Assembly: GCA_965226495.1 (NCBI GenBank)
Contig: OZ245365.1
Coordinates: 3,392,001 to 3,456,000, forward strand
Reading direction: 5' to 3'
Source of the DNA: Candidatus Marinacidobacterales bacterium
GTDB lineage: Bacteria > Acidobacteriota > Vicinamibacteria > Marinacidobacterales > DATDRI01
DNA length: 64,000 nt
The first letter of the stretch is position 1. Each line of letters starts with the position of its first letter. The position numbers and the translations under genes were made by a program. Below are positions 9,205-18,760 of this stretch, in pieces. The notes beneath the pieces were generated by a model, which had not been told where the DNA came from, did no database searches, and saw only the letters and a list, made by a program, of their open reading frames with translations.

Positions 9205-10878
9205 ATGGCGATCCAACGGAAAGGCGAGACCGGCAACAATATCCCTACGTCGGCGTTCACCCTGAAGCGCCCGGCCATGGACATCCGCGCCAAGGTTCTT
9301 TCCGTCGTGGTCCTCTCGGCGCTCGCGCCGGCGATGTTGATAGGAGCCGCCTCCTACTTCACGTCGCGGGAGATCCTCATCGAGAAGGTCACCGACCAGC
9401 TCACTACCCGCGCGGGCTCCTCGTCGGAACAGGTGAGTCAGTGGTTCAAGGAACGCTCCCAAGACACCGAAGTATTCGCCAACTCGTTCATCGTCTCCGA
9501 GAACCTAAGACGTTGGGAAATCGCAAAGGGAACGTCGGACAAGTTAGCTGCGCAAGAATCGAGGAGACGGCTCCAGGCGTATTTGGCGCAAGTTCAAAAT
9601 CGCTACCCGCTCTACCGTGAGCTCTTCATCATCGACGGACAAGGAACCCTGGTGGCCAAGACGCAGCCATTCATGGAGGACGTAGAAACGGAGCTCGCAC
9701 CGGAGCTGCTCGGTTCGGAGGGAGACACAGAGCTGCAACGCCTCGGAGGGGAGCTCGTCTTCCACGCACGACGAGAGGTTCGGGACAGCACGGACCAACA
9801 GGTGGGGACCTTGATCACCGTCAGCGGGTTGTCAGAAATGTGGCGGCGCCTTGGCGGCGAAATGCATTCCGATTTCGGCACGCTGCGGATTATCAATGAG
9901 AACGGAAGGCCACTGTTCGATGGTCGCGCAACTTCTCCTGATTTGGCGAGTGACATCGCTTCCGAAGGAGTCCAGCGTTGCCTTCGGGGCGAGAACGGTA
10001 TTGCCGAGTACCAGGACGGTCGAGGGATGGCAGTGCTCGGAGCCTATCGATTCATTCTGCCCCACCGGCTCGGCTTGATCGTGGAGATGGACAGCGAGAG
10101 GGCTTTCGCCGCCGTGCATCGCCTCCGGAATATGAATCTGATCATCAGCGCTCTTGCGGTGTTCCTGGTCACGGGAATCGGTTACGGACTGGTGGTGAGC
10201 CTCACGCGACCGATCGAAGCCCTCATCGAAGGCGCCAAAGCCGTGGCCAGGGGAGATCTCGGCCGTGAGATTCCTATCGTCACCACCGATGAAATCGGCT
10301 ATCTTACGAAGGTCTTCAATCGAATGACCCGCGCCCTCAAGGAAACCCATACCGATCTGCAACAAAAATCCAGCACCGACGAGCTCACGGGACTCTTCAA
10401 CCGTCGTTTCCTGGCCAAAGCCTTCGGCATGGAGTTGAGTCGGGCGGAGCGAAGCAGTAAGCCCCTATCGGTGCTCATGATCGACATCGATCACTTCAAG
10501 GCCTTCAACGATCGGTTCGGTCATCCGGAGGGAGACACCGTGCTGCGTAACACCGGCGCCTTCCTCACCAAACACTTGCGCTCGACGGACGTTGCGGCGC
10601 GCTACGGTGGCGAAGAGTTCATCGTGCTGCTCCCATCTACCGGGAAACGCGAGGCGGGGAAAAAAGCCGACAACCTGCGAAAGGCTTTCGCCGAGGCGGG
10701 CCTCAGCGGCGAAAGCAAAGCCAAGGTCACCGTTAGCGTCGGAGTGGCCTCGATGCCCGACGATGGACTGACCGAGCATGAGCTAGTGGGTGCCGCCGAC
10801 GCGGCGCTATACGTGGCGAAGCGCCAGGGTCGTAATCGGGTAGCGATCTTCGAAGTAGCGCAGCCGGCCGCCGGCTAG
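9205..10878 (+). CDS. Diguanylate cyclase (Cache-HAMP-GGDEF)
   Basis: Two TMs, HAMP (DEIGYL), DIDHFKAFND, GGEEF, RxxD I-site (RSTD); start could be 9277. Confidence 0.93.
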   Translation: MAIQRKGETGNNIPTSAFTLKRPAMDIRAKVLSVVVLSALAPAMLIGAASYFTSREILIEKVTDQLTTRAGSSSEQVSQWFKERSQDTEVFANSFIVSENLRRWEIAKGTSDKLAAQESRRRLQAYLAQVQNRYPLYRELFIIDGQGTLVAKTQPFMEDVETELAPELLGSEGDTELQRLGGELVFHARREVRDSTDQQVGTLITVSGLSEMWRRLGGEMHSDFGTLRIINENGRPLFDGRATSPDLASDIASEGVQRCLRGENGIAEYQDGRGMAVLGAYRFILPHRLGLIVEMDSERAFAAVHRLRNMNLIISALAVFLVTGIGYGLVVSLTRPIEALIEGAKAVARGDLGREIPIVTTDEIGYLTKVFNRMTRALKETHTDLQQKSSTDELTGLFNRRFLAKAFGMELSRAERSSKPLSVLMIDIDHFKAFNDRFGHPEGDTVLRNTGAFLTKHLRSTDVAARYGGEEFIVLLPSTGKREAGKKADNLRKAFAEAGLSGESKAKVTVSVGVASMPDDGLTEHELVGAADAALYVAKRQGRNRVAIFEVAQPAAG

Positions 10879-10888
10879 GCACTAGGCA

Positions 10889-11704
10889 TTAGCGAACCAC
10901 GCTGGTGTGAATCCAAGCCCTCAGACCATCGCCGGTCTCCACTTGAAACCAATCCCCCCAACGCGCGACGGCGAGGATCTGCGTGCCCTTGGCTACCTGG
11001 CCGACGGGGCTCTTGTCCTTGCCAGGCGCTTCGCGCAGGTTGGCGTTCACCACAGCCTCCAGGTTGCGGGCCGGTACGATCGGAATGATATCGTCCGACG
11101 CGCTGAGCGAGGACGTGCGGATGTCGGCGACCATGCGTGCTTGACGTACTAACTCGCCCGCCCGTTCGCTTAGATAAGACGAGCCTCCGAAGTTCCCTTC
11201 CACGAGTGCCTTGTCGGCACGGCTGAGGAACTCGTTCGCCCGCTTCAGTCGAGCCGCCACCTCAGGGTCGTTAGCCCGCGGAGCGGATTGGAGCTGCACA
11301 CGTACTTCAGCAATCCGAGAGATCGCCAAGGCGCGGTTGTGGACGCTCCTAAGACTCGCTTTGGAGCGAAGTACTTCCTCGACGGAGCTCGCGAGCTCGA
11401 TCTCGAGCGCCACGTAGCGTTCTTCAAGGGAGGCCCGAGCCGCTTCTTCGTCTTCCAGCTGTCGCCGGAGCTTCCGGTTCTCTGTCTTCGCTGCCGCGAG
11501 CTTGAGCTCCACGGATTTTATCGGGTCAACTTCTGCGGGCTCTGCCGACTCCGCCGGCGGGCTGGCTTCTGTCTCGTTCGCGGTCGCCGAGGCTGGCTTG
11601 GACCCGGCCGGTTGAGCAGAGGGGGTCGCGACCTTCTTGAGTCCACAGCTGATGGCAAGCAGGCCGCTGATGGCAAGTAAGAGCGCCGTCCGTTTCGTCG
11701 CCAC
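10889..11704 (-). CDS. Lipoprotein with coiled coil and C-terminal bacterial SH3 domain
   Basis: Lipobox LAISC; ANLREAPG...GDWFQV...GLRAWIH. Confidence 0.75.
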   Translation of the reverse strand: MATKRTALLLAISGLLAISCGLKKVATPSAQPAGSKPASATANETEASPPAESAEPAEVDPIKSVELKLAAAKTENRKLRRQLEDEEAARASLEERYVALEIELASSVEEVLRSKASLRSVHNRALAISRIAEVRVQLQSAPRANDPEVAARLKRANEFLSRADKALVEGNFGGSSYLSERAGELVRQARMVADIRTSSLSASDDIIPIVPARNLEAVVNANLREAPGKDKSPVGQVAKGTQILAVARWGDWFQVETGDGLRAWIHTSVVR

Positions 11705-11889
11705 GGTAATCTCCCCTTTCGAGGCGGTTTTTGATTTTCTTATATGGAGTTCCGGAGACCGGACGCTAATTAGTTTAACGTAGCCATGTCGTTAAAAGCA
11801 AACGGCTTGTGGCTCACGCGTCGATCCCCCCGCTCTCGTGTTCAGCGGTGGTGTACCATGGTCTGGTTGAGGACCGTGTTGGACAATCT

Positions 11890-12744
11890 GTGGGGGAAGA
11901 GTTGAAGGGGTTGAGCGGGCTGCGGGTCGTCAGTTTCGAGAGCCGGCGTTCGAAGGAGATGGCGAATCTCATCCGGAGCCACGGAGGCGAGCCTATCCAA
12001 ACACCATCCATGCAAGAGATTCCCCTCACCGAGCAGAGCGAAGCGCTCGAGTTCGGAGAGGCGCTTACGGGTGGCGCCTGTGATGTGCTGATTCTTCTGA
12101 CCGGTGTCGGCACCCGTATGTTAGTGGACACGCTAGCCACCCGGCGGCCACGTGAGGTGGTCCTCGAGGCCTTGGGAAAAACCTCTCTAGTCTGTCGCGG
12201 GCCCAAACCCGTTAGCGCGCTCAAGAAGATGGGCCTCCGCGCCACGCTTACGGTCGGTGAGCCCAACACCTGGCGTGATCTATTGCAGGCCCTCGATGAC
12301 GAGCTGCCCGTTTCGGGGAAGCGAGTCGCTGTCCAAGAGTACGGAGCCCGCAATCAGGAGCTCCTCGATGGCCTCCAAGAGAGAGATGCCGTCGTCACTC
12401 CCGTCCCGGTCTACGGATGGGCACTCCCTGACGACACAGAGCCTCTCAAGAACGCCATTGAGCGCGCAGTGGCGGGCGAGATCGACGCTGCCGTGTTCAC
12501 GAGCGCCACCCAGGCGGACCATCTTTTTCAAGTAGCTGAACAGCAGGCACGAGCAGAGGAGATTCGGGCGGCCTTTCGCAGCCGAATCTTGGTCGCCTCC
12601 ATTGGCCCCATTACGAGCGAAGCCCTCACGCGTTTGGGTGTCGAGGCGGATATCGTTCCCGAGCATCCCAAGATGGGACACTTGGTCATGGCGTTGGCGG
12701 AAGAGGCTGCGCCGGGGCTCAAACGCAAGCGCAGTCGAGGCTAG
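11890..12744 (+). CDS. hemD: Uroporphyrinogen-III synthase
   Basis: SFESRR, LLTGVG, RGPKP, VQEYG, FTSA, SIGPITS; start uncertain. Confidence 0.85.
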   Translation: MGEELKGLSGLRVVSFESRRSKEMANLIRSHGGEPIQTPSMQEIPLTEQSEALEFGEALTGGACDVLILLTGVGTRMLVDTLATRRPREVVLEALGKTSLVCRGPKPVSALKKMGLRATLTVGEPNTWRDLLQALDDELPVSGKRVAVQEYGARNQELLDGLQERDAVVTPVPVYGWALPDDTEPLKNAIERAVAGEIDAAVFTSATQADHLFQVAEQQARAEEIRAAFRSRILVASIGPITSEALTRLGVEADIVPEHPKMGHLVMALAEEAAPGLKRKRSRG

Positions 12745-13379
12745 TTTTCCAGTCGAGAGACGAGGTCGGCAAGGTCAGACACGTCACTGATGGGTGGGTC
12801 TTGGGAGACCGCGATACGCACCGCAAACGGTTCTTTCGGCTCCCCCACAGCCTCGACTTGGATGTCGTCCGCCTCGGGATAAAGCTCACCGAGGAACGGA
12901 AGCAGCCCTTCCTTTACCGCGTCGAATGCCTCCGGCGTTCGCGGTGCGAGAAGGCGGTTTTGGATCTTGAAAAGCGCCTCGTCATAACGAAAGTGGAGCT
13001 TTCCTTCGAACGCCGGCTCCGCCTGGAGAAGCATGCAAGCCTTCAAAGCGGCGCCGAAGGCTCGACGGAGCCGCGAGCGCACGTCACCTTCGGCCCTCCG
13101 TTTGCGACTATAAAGAAGGCCAAGCCGTCCCTCAGCCTGATCCAAGCTGTACTGGCCTTCATGACACATGAGTAAGACGCCCGGGCCATGATGGACGTGG
13201 GAATAATCGGCAACGTCGATCATCACTTCGTTCTCCAAGCGGTGGGACTGTATCCACTCATGGAAGATCGGGACGAAGTCCCTTGGTCCCAACTCGACGG
13301 AGTCAACCGCGTAGAACTTGATCGCGAGCTCGTGCGCTTCCAGCGGGCTCACGACGCGGGCGCTAGACGGCGGCGGCAT
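12741..13379 (-). CDS. Hypothetical protein coupled to sulfite reductase
   Basis: Overlaps the sulfite reductase 3' end by 17 nt; motif IDVADYSHVHHGPGVLLMCHE. Confidence 0.7.
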   Translation of the reverse strand: MPPPSSARVVSPLEAHELAIKFYAVDSVELGPRDFVPIFHEWIQSHRLENEVMIDVADYSHVHHGPGVLLMCHEGQYSLDQAEGRLGLLYSRKRRAEGDVRSRLRRAFGAALKACMLLQAEPAFEGKLHFRYDEALFKIQNRLLAPRTPEAFDAVKEGLLPFLGELYPEADDIQVEAVGEPKEPFAVRIAVSQDPPISDVSDLADLVSRLEN

Positions 13380-15750
13380 CCAGTTGCTCCAACGAACGCC
13401 CGTGGCAAGCGTACACCGCCTCGATAAACAATTGAGCTTCTTCGATGCGATGGTGAGCGGCGTCCGCAGTCAAGTCGCGGTTACCGTCTAGCTCTTCGCG
13501 GTGGATGCGGAACAAGTAGTTGCCAAATTTCCCTCCCGCATACGGGTCGAAGAAGAGTTTGGTGTCGTAGAAGCGGGACCGGAACTCACGGACAATCTTG
13601 TCAGCACTGTCAGGCCTGTCAGGCCTGACAGCCTCGCCCGGCTGGCCGACGGCTAAATCGATCTCAGCATTTTGGGAGCGCACCAGCGCCGCAGCGGCGT
13701 CGAGCATCGCCCGAAAGGCCGTCTTTGCCGAATCGCGCGGATTCCCAGCGTCCAACTGCACTTGCGCCTCGAAGACTTGACGCTCGCTGGCGGCAAGGGA
13801 GAAATCGAAGCGCGATACCACCTCGCCCGCACACTCACCCTTTCCCATGTCCCCTAGTGTGAACTCTCGCGGATCCCCCCAATCGGAGTAGAGCGTTCGG
13901 TCCTGGTCGTAACTCGGAATCTCGGTCAAGTCATCGAGCATCGAGCGGACCTTGAGCTTACCCATTCGGCCGATGAAGTCTTGAAACTTCTCGCTACGCT
14001 TTCCGTCGCGCCGAAACCAATCGGTGATCCGGGTTACCACATCGGGAATTCGCTTCGACGGCACCGCACCCACTGCTAACCCAAAAGACTTCCCATTCTC
14101 CGTCCACTGTCCACCCAGAACGACCTGAAAGTGCGGGACGGTGCGGCCTCCACTCCTGCGACTCACTCCGTAGAAACCGAGGTCGGCAACCGAGTGTTGA
14201 CCACAAGAATTGAAGCACCCGCTGACTTTGATACGTAGACCGTTGAGCGAAGCGTCGAAGGCGAGGTTCTTCTCCAGGAGACGCGTCCGGAGCTCCTCGG
14301 CAAGACCGCGCGAAGAGGCGATACCCAACTTGCAGGTGTCGGTGCCCGGGCAGGTGGTGACGTCTACGATGGAGCCCGCACCCGGCTCGCCCAGCCCTAC
14401 TTCTTTGAGTGCGGAGTAGAGGTCGGGCAAGTCGGCTTCGGCAACCCACCGAAGGACGATGTTCTGGTCGACGGTCGTGCGAACCGAATCGCCGCTGAAC
14501 CGCCGTGCCAAACCGGCGAGCCGTTGCATTTGATGAGAAGACAGATCCCCCAGGGGAAGGGTGATGGCTGCCACCGAGTAGCCCGGCTGACTTTGCTGGT
14601 AGACGTTGGTGGCCGTCCACGCTGCGAAACCTTCGGGGTAAGGGCCCGGTCCCAGACGCGCCGATCGATGAGCCGGCTGGTCGGTGGCCGCCGTCAAGAA
14701 GACTTCCGGAACCGACCGACCGGCCTCGAACGCGGAGACAAGCCCGGTCCATCGCGCATCGGCCGGAAGCTTTTGTCGTTCCTCCAATACCAGGCGCCGA
14801 AACTCGTCGATTCCCAGACTCGCGACCACGAATTTGAGACGGGCGCGAGCCCGATTCTTCTTTTCTCCCAAGCGCGCGAAGACCCGGCACACGGCTTGCG
14901 CAATGGGCAACATTTCTTCCACCGGCAGGAAAGCATCGAAAAGCTTCGCCTGGTAGGGTACGGCACCCAGACCACCCCCCACGTAAAGCTCGAACCCAGG
15001 ACGGCTGCTACCATTTACGGTCTCGGTCTTCGCGATGAAACCGAGGTCATGAAAAGCCGTGAGGCCGCAGGACTCTTGCTTGCAGCCGGAGAACGCGATC
15101 TTGAACTTCCGACCGAAGTCCTGCGCGTCGGGGTGACCGAGCAAGAAGTAGGTCAGAGCCTTGGCATAAGGCGTCACGTCGAACGTTTCCCCGCGACACA
15201 CGCCGGACAAGGGGCAGGCGGTGACGTTCCGCACTGAATTGCCGCAGGCTTCTTGAGTGGTAATGCCGACCGCGGCGAGGCGTCTCATCATGTCCGGAGT
15301 GTCGTCGATGTGGACGAAATGTAGCTGGAAATCCTGCCGGGTCGTGACGTGCAGGATGCCGTCGGAATAATCGTCGGCCAGCTCGGCCAGAACATCCATC
15401 TGCTCCGGCGTCACGCTACCGAATGGGATCTTGATGCGTTGCATGCCGGGAGCATCCCAGAGCGTGTTGGGGCCCTTCATCACCGACCCGGAGGGGTACT
15501 CGAGCTTTTGACTTCGCCGACCGTCGTGTCGCTGACCGTTGTCGTACCGCTGTCCGTAGACACCCCGGCGGAGCCGTGTCTCGTTGAAAAGCTTCTCCTC
15601 CAGCTTGCCCTGGCGGCGAAGCTCGACCTCTGTCTCGAAGATGTCGATCTCGCGACCCAGCTCGGCCGGCATCTTGTCGGCGAGCTCCTGCTTCCAGCTG
15701 AGCTCCGAAAGTGACGTGGTCGAAACCATAGGCCCGGTAGGCGTGCTCAT
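13363..15750 (-). CDS. sir: Siroheme/4Fe-4S sulfite (nitrite) reductase with C-terminal helical extension
   Basis: TTRQDFQ, RKFKIAFSGC, CPGTDTCKLG, SGCFNSCG cluster motifs; lies in the cysH operon. Confidence 0.88.
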   Translation of the reverse strand: MSTPTGPMVSTTSLSELSWKQELADKMPAELGREIDIFETEVELRRQGKLEEKLFNETRLRRGVYGQRYDNGQRHDGRRSQKLEYPSGSVMKGPNTLWDAPGMQRIKIPFGSVTPEQMDVLAELADDYSDGILHVTTRQDFQLHFVHIDDTPDMMRRLAAVGITTQEACGNSVRNVTACPLSGVCRGETFDVTPYAKALTYFLLGHPDAQDFGRKFKIAFSGCKQESCGLTAFHDLGFIAKTETVNGSSRPGFELYVGGGLGAVPYQAKLFDAFLPVEEMLPIAQAVCRVFARLGEKKNRARARLKFVVASLGIDEFRRLVLEERQKLPADARWTGLVSAFEAGRSVPEVFLTAATDQPAHRSARLGPGPYPEGFAAWTATNVYQQSQPGYSVAAITLPLGDLSSHQMQRLAGLARRFSGDSVRTTVDQNIVLRWVAEADLPDLYSALKEVGLGEPGAGSIVDVTTCPGTDTCKLGIASSRGLAEELRTRLLEKNLAFDASLNGLRIKVSGCFNSCGQHSVADLGFYGVSRRSGGRTVPHFQVVLGGQWTENGKSFGLAVGAVPSKRIPDVVTRITDWFRRDGKRSEKFQDFIGRMGKLKVRSMLDDLTEIPSYDQDRTLYSDWGDPREFTLGDMGKGECAGEVVSRFDFSLAASERQVFEAQVQLDAGNPRDSAKTAFRAMLDAAAALVRSQNAEIDLAVGQPGEAVRPDRPDSADKIVREFRSRFYDTKLFFDPYAGGKFGNYLFRIHREELDGNRDLTADAAHHRIEEAQLFIEAVYACHGRSLEQLDAAAV

Positions 15751-16553
15751 GCCGGGACTCCTTTCTCTAAGGCAAGGAAAAGCGGGTCTTCGATGGCAAC
15801 GCGATCGGCGATAGCAATGCGATCGGCGAGCGAAACGACTTCGCCAATGACCAGCGTGCCGGGAACGTCGCCAGGAGCGTGGTCGAACTCGTTGCTTGCC
15901 GGAAGCGGAATCTGCCCCAACTCCGCGAGGTCGCTCACCCAGGTCGCGGCCTGTGGCGTCGACGCTCCCAAAATGAGGGCGGCCGGCGTATCAGGCCTCC
16001 AACCTTGAAGCATCAGGAACTCCGAAAGATCGCCGCGATTGGCGACTCCCATCAGCACCACCAATGTGATCGAATTGGGTGTGACGGTCTCGAGTAAGGG
16101 ACGGTAAGACGCCGCGGCGTGTCCCGATACCACCATGAACCCGGCGGTCAGACCACGGTGCGTCACTGGGATACCGGCGAGAGCAGGAGCCGCCACTGCG
16201 GAGCTGATTCCCGGAATGACCTCGAAGGGGATCCCCGCTGCGGCAAGGGCGAGAGCTTCTTCCCCGCCCCGACCCAAAACAAAAGGATCGCCGCCCTTGA
16301 GCCGCACCACACGCTGGCCCCGGCGCGCGGCGTTTATCATGATGCGATGGATCGTGTCCTGGGGAGTCGACTTTCTCCGCGCCCGCTTGCCGACGTCGAA
16401 GGCTCGCGCCTTGGGTGCAAGGGCCAAAATTTCCGGTGATACCAAGGCGTCGTGCAAAACGAGGTCGGCCTCGCTCAAGCGCCGCGCCGCCTTCATCGTC
16501 AAGAGCTCCGGGTCACCGGGCCCCGCGCCGACCAGCGAGACGAACCCGGTCAT
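15747..16553 (-). CDS. cobA: Uroporphyrinogen-III C-methyltransferase
   Basis: VGAGPGDPELLT, RLKGGDPFVLGRGGEE, GIPVTHRG. Confidence 0.95.
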   Translation of the reverse strand: MTGFVSLVGAGPGDPELLTMKAARRLSEADLVLHDALVSPEILALAPKARAFDVGKRARRKSTPQDTIHRIMINAARRGQRVVRLKGGDPFVLGRGGEEALALAAAGIPFEVIPGISSAVAAPALAGIPVTHRGLTAGFMVVSGHAAASYRPLLETVTPNSITLVVLMGVANRGDLSEFLMLQGWRPDTPAALILGASTPQAATWVSDLAELGQIPLPASNEFDHAPGDVPGTLVIGEVVSLADRIAIADRVAIEDPLFLALEKGVPA

Positions 16554-17119
16554 GGCTCACGCTCCTCGTAGATCTCGTTCAGGGCCTGGAGTAGCCGCGG
16601 GCGACGCTCGGCAATCGGAACACCTTCTTGACGCCATAGGCTGCGCGCTTCACGGGCGACGCTCGTCCACTGATCCAAATCGCTGGGCAGCAGATGATCC
16701 AGGGCTTCCCGCATCAGGCCGGATAAGGCAGGGGCAGCTCCGTTCGTGGAAATGCCGAGCGTAACCCCCGAGCGACGCACGACACCCGCCCCGTAAGCGG
16801 TTGCACTCGCAAGATCGTCCACCGCAATAACGAAGAGGCGGCGTTCCGTTGCAGCCTCAGAGACCTCTCGGTTCACCTCGGGCGGCGCGGCCGACACCAC
16901 GAACCAGCAATCGTCGAGATCGCTGGGCCGAAAGGAACGGCGGTGAAGACTCAGATTCGGGTGAACCATCTCGAACTTGATCTCCGGAGCCACCAATGTG
17001 ACACGAGCGCCGGCCTCTAAAAGGCTCTTGGTCTTTGCTTCCGCGACCGGACCGCCCCCTGCGACGAGTACACGGCGACCGGCGAGCTTGAGGAAGATCG
17101 GAAAAAGAGGCGTTGACAT
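16550..17119 (-). CDS. Precorrin-2 dehydrogenase/sirohydrochlorin ferrochelatase (CysG N-terminal / Met8-like)
   Basis: LFPIFLKL, VAGGGPVA, ISTNGAAPAL. Confidence 0.88.
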   Translation of the reverse strand: MSTPLFPIFLKLAGRRVLVAGGGPVAEAKTKSLLEAGARVTLVAPEIKFEMVHPNLSLHRRSFRPSDLDDCWFVVSAAPPEVNREVSEAATERRLFVIAVDDLASATAYGAGVVRRSGVTLGISTNGAAPALSGLMREALDHLLPSDLDQWTSVAREARSLWRQEGVPIAERRPRLLQALNEIYEEREP

Positions 17120-17121
17120 AG

Positions 17122-17868
17122 TTATGACCCCGTCGGCTGCAAAACCGGCAATAACACGAGGCGCGATGCCCGGTTGTGAATGCCGCATTCGGTCTTGGTG
17201 CTGCCACGCCATCTACCGGCGCGTGGATCTTCTCCGAGTCGCACCGGGGTGGTGCAAGGCATGCAGCCAATACTCGGATAGCCTCGCTCGTGGAGCGGGT
17301 TGAAGGGGACGTCGTGCTCCCGTACGTATTCCCGCACGTCGCGGGTCGTCCACTCGACCAGCGGGTTGATCTTGACGAGCCCGAACTTCTCATCGAACCC
17401 GACTAGTGGTGCGCTGGCCCGTTCTGGAGTCTGGTCCCGCCGCAGAGCGCTGATCCAAGCCTCCGCTCCTTCGAGCGCGGCCCGCAGCGGCAGGACTTTC
17501 CTCAACTCGCAGCAGCGGTCCGGCTCTCGTTCCCACAAACCCTCACCGAAGCGACTCGCCTGCTCAGAAAGGGAAAGCTCCGGTCGTGCGGCGCGAACGC
17601 GAAGCCCGTAGCGTTCTTCGAGCTTGCTCCAAAGGGAATAGGTCTCTTCGAAAAACAAACCGGTGTCGAGAGTGAAAATGTCGACTGGCAACTGATTCCT
17701 GCCAATGATGTCGATGAGCACACACCCTTCGACCCCGAAGGCGGTTGCCATCACGAGCCGGGGCGCGAAACGCTCCGACGCCACGCGGAGAATGTCGGTG
17801 GTCGCACGGACCTTGAGAAGACGGTCCATGTCACGAATCTGCTGTTCTCGCTCTAGCTGCTGCATCAT
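17122..17868 (-). CDS. cysH: APS/PAPS reductase, 4Fe-4S type
   Basis: LDTG, CCELRKV, GYPSIGCMPCT, ECGIH. Confidence 0.93.
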   Translation of the reverse strand: MMQQLEREQQIRDMDRLLKVRATTDILRVASERFAPRLVMATAFGVEGCVLIDIIGRNQLPVDIFTLDTGLFFEETYSLWSKLEERYGLRVRAARPELSLSEQASRFGEGLWEREPDRCCELRKVLPLRAALEGAEAWISALRRDQTPERASAPLVGFDEKFGLVKINPLVEWTTRDVREYVREHDVPFNPLHERGYPSIGCMPCTTPVRLGEDPRAGRWRGSTKTECGIHNRASRLVLLPVLQPTGS

Positions 17869-17902
17869 TTCCTCAACCCCAGTGCCCTAGAGGTCCCGGC
17901 CC

Positions 17903-17940
17903 AAAAAACAAAAGGCCCAGGTCCTTTGGACCTGGGCCTT
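17903..17940 (-). terminator. Intrinsic terminator in the cysH leader (attenuator candidate)
   Basis: Perfect 13-bp stem AAGGCCCAGGTCC-aaa-GGACCTGGGCCTT followed by TTGTTTTTT, ~35 nt before the cysH start. Confidence 0.8.
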
Positions 17941-17966
17941 GTGCCGCTTGGCTACGGTTAGCTTGT

Positions 17967-18038
17967 CTACATTAAGCGAGGCCGCTGAAAATCCGAATCC
18001 GAAACAGAAACCGAAATAATCAATCGGCCGACAAACAT
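17967..18038 (-). CDS. Putative 23-aa leader peptide MFVGRLIISVSVSDSDFQRPRLM
   Basis: GGAGGAG 8 nt before ATG; stop ~27 nt before the terminator stem. Confidence 0.4.
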   Translation of the reverse strand: MFVGRLIISVSVSDSDFQRPRLM

Positions 18039-18138
18039 ACTGGGTGCTCCTCCAAGTGACACACGGCCCGGTCCCCCGGGCCAACTACACTTGCAGGACC
18101 TCCGAATCAGCATGTGGCTAAATCTCATCTCTTGAACC

Positions 18139-18167
18139 ATTCTGCCCCGGCCGCTGGCCCGTGTCAA
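18139..18167 (-). promoter_or_regulatory. Sigma70-type promoter of the cys operon
   Basis: TTGACA-N17-CAGAAT. Confidence 0.65.
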
Positions 18168-18330
18168 ACGAAAATATGACTTTTTTGGTCTTAATCTAAC
18201 ATCTTTATAATCAGTTGTTTACTAGGTCACATCCTGTATACAGTCGTCATTCCGCCATGGCGATTCCGGAGCCCGTCAGACGCCGTGATTCTCGTGCAGG
18301 ATGGGTTATCATCGGTTATGGAATTCTATA

Positions 18331-18564
18331 ATGGATAAGAAAGAGCGCACTCGACTCGTAGAGCGGTTTGCCTCTGGACTCAAGTATCCTTACCTCTTCC
18401 TGCTCATCGCGGTCGTCTTCGCCCTAGACCTCATCGTGCCCGACGCGATCCCCTTCATCGACGAAATTCTCCTGGGGCTGGTGGCCGTTCTATTGGGAAC
18501 ATGGAAAGAGCGCAAGGGGGTGGAGTCGAAACCCCCGATGAAGAATGTTACTCCCGACCGGTAG
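18331..18564 (+). CDS. Small membrane protein (DUF6116-like)
   Basis: LKYPYLF...PDAIPFIDEILLGL...WKER. Confidence 0.7.
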   Translation: MDKKERTRLVERFASGLKYPYLFLLIAVVFALDLIVPDAIPFIDEILLGLVAVLLGTWKERKGVESKPPMKNVTPDR

Positions 18565-18646
18565 GGCTACTTCCTCTTCGCTTCACCAAAAGCATTCGAG
18601 TTCTTTCCGATCCACTTCTCAATCGCCTCCACGAGTCCGCTCCCCT

Positions 18647-18676
18647 TTGACTTTTCGGGTACCGGGGGACTATTTT
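18647..18676 (+). promoter_or_regulatory. Sigma70-type promoter
   Basis: TTGACT-N18-TATTTT, same layout as at 34942-34971. Confidence 0.45.
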
Positions 18677-18760
18677 CCCTCCCGATGGCCGGCCCTGTCC
18701 TCGACTCCTATTTCCCAGTGGTTCGGTGCGACAACCTCTCTTAGATGGAGCTTTGTCACG

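Noticed and set aside
18100-18140. SAM-I riboswitch (UUCAAGAG..GAUGAG)
   Set aside because: No kink-turn, pseudoknot or GCAACC elements in the expected order
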